This document shows positions 60,606-64,000 of a DNA stretch of 64,000 bases, one piece after another; the first letter of the stretch is position 1; the number at the start of each line of letters is the position of its first letter. The position numbers were made by a program, and so were the translations under genes. Under the pieces are notes generated by a model, which worked only from the letters and a program-made list of their open reading frames with translations, made no database searches and was not told where the DNA came from. Location of the stretch: positions 512,001 to 576,000 of the forward strand of contig CAXXWQ010000004.1 in NCBI GenBank assembly GCA_963674945.2, read 5' to 3'. The stretch is from an uncultured Desulfosarcina sp. GTDB lineage: Bacteria > Desulfobacterota > Desulfobacteria > Desulfobacterales > Desulfosarcinaceae.

Positions 60606-61718
60606 TCAGGAAATACGTTGGCGGGCCGCGATCAGGTCACGGTATGCGGCAGGGTCGCGCATATAAAGGTCCAGGGCTCCGTGGAACCCCATTTCCCTGA
60701 CCAGCGCCATACCATCTCGCCGGTATTTGTACTGATGCAGGGCCGGTGTGAGTGACCTCGTCTCTTCAACGTCCATGGGGGGAAAGGCCATATGGTGTCG
60801 CGTGCAATAATCCCGGACCACCTGGGCTACCAGTCCGCCCACGATGGACTCTTCAACGGCAATCCATGTTTCCGCCATCTCCTGCGCTTCACTGACATTG
60901 CGTGGCGGGGTCGTACACAGGGCTTCGGCCAGTTGCTTATCCGTGGCCCTTCCCACGTAGTAGTGCAGGGTCTCTTCCACCGGTAAAGCCATCAGGGTAT
61001 AGAAATCGCTGCTGCTGTTTTGCCAGATGGTAAAGGGCCTGCGTTTCAACCGGACTTGATCGTGGGAGAGGAATTCAATTTCCAGATCCACGGCGCCCAG
61101 ATGATTGGAGAAGATGGCGCCCGACGCCCTGTACTTCACAGATCGTCCGGATTCTGCCGTGAACCTGCAAATGGCCTGGTAATCCTTTGCCAGGCGGTGA
61201 ACCAGAAAAGCGGACAGGCCGTCGTCAGCGAGCGGTGGATAGCTGCCGATAGGGCTGGTGATGGTGCTGTAAAAATTATCCGTCTGGATCATCCCGAAAA
61301 GAAAGGCAATAATGCTATGGCAATAGCGATGATAGGCCGCGCCGGGACCTTGGGGCCGCTGCGGCACGTACATCAGACGGACCTGTACTTCCTCCAACTT
61401 CAAGTGAACCTGTTTGTCGAATCCGATTTTTTTCTTTAAAAGAGCGTACAGATCGTTCTTCCGGCGCATTTGATGACGGATATGCCGCTTGACCTCCACA
61501 TCCGCGTCGGAAACGAAGTCCCTGAAAACCAGCAAAGGTCCATCCCGTTCGGCCATCTCCGGCATGAGCGAAACGGCTTTTAGGTCATCCCGGGAAACGG
61601 CGGCATTTCCCACAAGGGGTGACATCACCCGGCCGGCGGCGCCCATCAGGCCAAACGCCAGAAGCTGGCGCCGGGTCATGCACCGGTTTTTCGTTAATTC
61701 GCTCAAGCCTCGCATCAT
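60606..61718 (-). CDS. Hypothetical protein with Tat-like signal
   Basis: TRRQLLAFG twin-arginine motif; long ORF. Confidence 0.6.
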   Translation of the reverse strand: MMRGLSELTKNRCMTRRQLLAFGLMGAAGRVMSPLVGNAAVSRDDLKAVSLMPEMAERDGPLLVFRDFVSDADVEVKRHIRHQMRRKNDLYALLKKKIGFDKQVHLKLEEVQVRLMYVPQRPQGPGAAYHRYCHSIIAFLFGMIQTDNFYSTITSPIGSYPPLADDGLSAFLVHRLAKDYQAICRFTAESGRSVKYRASGAIFSNHLGAVDLEIEFLSHDQVRLKRRPFTIWQNSSSDFYTLMALPVEETLHYYVGRATDKQLAEALCTTPPRNVSEAQEMAETWIAVEESIVGGLVAQVVRDYCTRHHMAFPPMDVEETRSLTPALHQYKYRRDGMALVREMGFHGALDLYMRDPAAYRDLIAARQRIS

Positions 61719-62034
61719 GGTTTACGTTTCGGCAGGTGTCGCGAGATACTTGAGGCCAATACGGTTCTATCAATTGTGTACCATCCGTGGCATGAAAACC
61801 CATCATTGAAATTGCATGATGATCGGAAGAAGGCCCTGTTTCGTGTGTTTTCAGAAAATCCGGATCTGTGGTCCAGGATTTCTGTTTATGGCCGAGAGGA
61901 TTCAATCGGAAGCCTGAAAATAAAACGCCGGTGCGGTTTTTTGTGAAAGTGAACCACACCGGCGAATGGTGACGTGCAGATTTAAACCGCAAAAATTGAA
62001 TCGGCGCCAATGCGCCGGGTAACCAGGCGGGCGG

Positions 62035-62319
62035 TTATTCCTCGATTTCCTCCATTTCCATTACCGTGATGGTCTTGGCATCGCCTCCCTCTTCCAGGGT
62101 GCCGGTCACCTTGACGGCCTTACCGATCATTTCCGTCAGATCCCTGCCCTTGACCAGGTAATCTTCACCGTCATCGGCGGAGATGATGATCATATCGCTG
62201 TCGTTCACATCGACCATGCCGGTAATGGTTTTATTTTCCGCCGCGACTCCTGTGGTGAACAGGAATCCCAATACCAAAGTAAGAGCCATGATTGCACCAA
62301 TGATGGTTTTCGTCTTCAT
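62035..62319 (-). CDS. Small secreted acidic OB-fold-like protein
   Basis: Signal peptide, GKAVKVTGTL; GGAGGAG RBS. Confidence 0.7.
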   Translation of the reverse strand: MKTKTIIGAIMALTLVLGFLFTTGVAAENKTITGMVDVNDSDMIIISADDGEDYLVKGRDLTEMIGKAVKVTGTLEEGGDAKTITVMEMEEIEE

Positions 62320-62458
62320 CTTCTCCTCCATTTGTTGGTTTTTTGTTGGTTTTCTGAACATCAGCCGAGGATACGGCTGGTGGATAAGGCGATACCTGTA
62401 TTCATACCTGTGCACAGGACACTAACGAAGTACTTCATGTCATTGGTATACATCCGCA

Positions 62459-62473
62459 GCAATAAATGAGCCA
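62459..62473 (-). promoter_or_regulatory. Sigma-54 promoter
   Basis: TGGCTC-ATTTA-TTGC upstream of the 62319 gene. Confidence 0.5.
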
Positions 62474-62743
62474 ATTTGATAACATACTTGAATCATATGA
62501 TAATCATTTTCCAAGGTGGTATAGCGACTTCTGCGCGGTTTGAAAGCGGACACATGATTTCCGATGATGCCCCCAAAGGTTTCGCGGCAGTCATAATCAA
62601 TGAGAAAATTCAATGCATCGCCCTGGTGCCCGGTCAGTACTGCGTTTCGATGAAAACGGATCCGCCTGTTTCAGAAAAACGATCGGCACGGGATTGTGAC
62701 GCGGTTGATGGCAAAAAAGCCCTCCCATCCGTCATGCCGGTGA

Positions 62744-64000
62744 TCATCGACCGGACAGCACCTTGCAGTAAATCACCTTGCCGTCGTCCGGCGCATAGAA
62801 ATCTTTCAGCACCGCCTCCAGACGATAGCCACAGCTTTCGTAGAAGGCCCTTGTACTGGCGTATTGATCGCGCTGGGAGGTATCCACGTAGATGCGATCG
62901 CCGCCGCCCTTTCGGATCAGCGCCTCGGTCTCTGCAATCAGTCGGCGACCCAATCCCTTTCGATGGAACTCGGGATGGACGGCAATCCAATACAGATCGT
63001 AACTGTTCCGCGTGCAGGGAATGGGACCGTAACAGGTGTAGCCCACCAGCCGGCCATACTGCTCGGCGATCAGGAAATGGTAGCCGCTTTCATCCCCCCT
63101 GGTAAGGCGCTCCTGTACCAGTTCCTCGGCCACCGCCACTTCATCCGGGTGGAAAAAGCCGGTAAGATCGACAAGGCGCCTGACCCGTTCCGGATCACTC
63201 GCCGTGGGTTCTTGTCTCAACACGATGCCGTGCATCTGCTCTTTGTCCGGAGGATGTTTGGCTTGCGGATGAAAACCTGCGGCGGCCAACCCCTTAAAAA
63301 AGTGGAGGGCATTGCTGCCAAGGGTACGTACGCGATACCCCCCCTCCTGTACCAGTAAAGTGGGCAGCCCCAGTGCGCCGATACGCCGCCCGTTGGCCTC
63401 GAAATCCCTGGCGGTAAGCTGCCAGGTGCCGGTAGGGTCACTTTTTGCCGTATCCAGCCCGAAGGCCACCACCAGAAACTGGGGATTGAACTGCCGGATG
63501 CGACGCAGGGCTTTGTCCAATACCTTCAGGTAACCGTCGCCGTCCATTTTCTCAGGCAAGGGCAGGTTCATATTGAACCCCTCGCCTTCGCCCTCGCCGC
63601 GTTCTTCTTCGAATCCCGCAAAATAGGGGTAGGCAAAGGCGGGATGGCCATGCAACGAAACGGTGAGCACGTCGCTGCGCCGGTAGAAAATATCCTGCTG
63701 GCCGTTGCCATGATGATAGTCGATATCCAGGATGGCAACCTTTCCGTGGGCGCTCAGATATTGGGCGGCGATGGCGTTATTGTTGAAGTAGCAAAACCCC
63801 CCGAAGGCCCGGCGCTCTGCATGGTGGCCGGGCGGTCGCACCAGGGCGTAGGCCATTCGCCGGCCGGCCAGAATGTCGGCGGCAGCGGTCAGGGTGCAGT
63901 CAACCCCCTGGCGGGCGGCCGGATAGGCATTGCGGTTGATCGGGGTGAAGGTATCGATGCAGTAATATCCGGAAAGCACAGACGGCTCTTTGGGTGGTCG
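62744..64000 (-). CDS. HDAC/acetylpolyamine amidohydrolase-family protein fused to a C-terminal GNAT (5' end outside window)
   Basis: RPPGHHA, GGFCYFNN, DIDYHHGNGQQ, QEGGY; GNAT YWIAVHPEFHRKGLG, FYESCGY. Confidence 0.9.
   Translation of the reverse strand, partial: RPPKEPSVLSGYYCIDTFTPINRNAYPAARQGVDCTLTAAADILAGRRMAYALVRPPGHHAERRAFGGFCYFNNNAIAAQYLSAHGKVAILDIDYHHGNGQQDIFYRRSDVLTVSLHGHPAFAYPYFAGFEEERGEGEGEGFNMNLPLPEKMDGDGYLKVLDKALRRIRQFNPQFLVVAFGLDTAKSDPTGTWQLTARDFEANGRRIGALGLPTLLVQEGGYRVRTLGSNALHFFKGLAAAGFHPQAKHPPDKEQMHGIVLRQEPTASDPERVRRLVDLTGFFHPDEVAVAEELVQERLTRGDESGYHFLIAEQYGRLVGYTCYGPIPCTRNSYDLYWIAVHPEFHRKGLGRRLIAETEALIRKGGGDRIYVDTSQRDQYASTRAFYESCGYRLEAVLKDFYAPDDGKVIYCKVLSGR

Overview
The gene content suggests a chromosomal window from a Desulfobacterales/Desulfosarcina-like deltaproteobacterium; this taxonomy is inferred. 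(1) 147-6.7 kb holds an acyl-CoA ligase, a polar amino-acid ABC transporter, an unannotated small Zn-ribbon ORF and a NarL-type two-component pair. (2) 7.65-37.7 kb is a ~30-kb Wzx/Wzy exopolysaccharide locus. It encodes an OM beta-barrel, a short OPX, a Wzc kinase with an inserted DUF4388/MshEN (c-di-GMP-binding-type) module, a degenerate GGDEF protein, a priming transferase and a WbpB/D/E-like aminosugar pathway. It also carries a cysK relic, an embedded atypical tRNA-Cys, a FabH/FabG/ACP/FabZ/FabL-like acyl cassette, a FemAB-like GNAT, a deacetylase, a sulfotransferase, Wzy, Wzx and GT4. Its distal half is very AT-rich and contains complete IS66 and IS1595 elements. (3) 37.8-42.7 kb has a secreted beta-helix protein, a broken FN3/PKD/CBM gene and a catalytically degenerate IS1595-like protein. 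(4) 43-52.5 kb is a core block: tRNA-Glu/Lys, trkAH, birA-bioY-ECF bracketed by two ~125-bp palindromic repeats, and fabH. (5) 52.7-56 kb is tRNA-Arg(CCT) followed by a decayed islet with an attC-like site, repeated palindromic upstream modules, a 46-bp direct repeat, a HigBA-type TA pair and an integrase relic. (6) 57.5-60 kb is a 2.46-kb IS with a 751-aa DDE transposase; a partial HDAC-GNAT fusion ends the window. The best candidates for new biology are a possible tRNA-Cys-dependent EPS modification, a c-di-GMP-sensing BY-kinase, and the cassette-like units at tRNA-Arg. All calls come from reading the sequence; no database searches were run.
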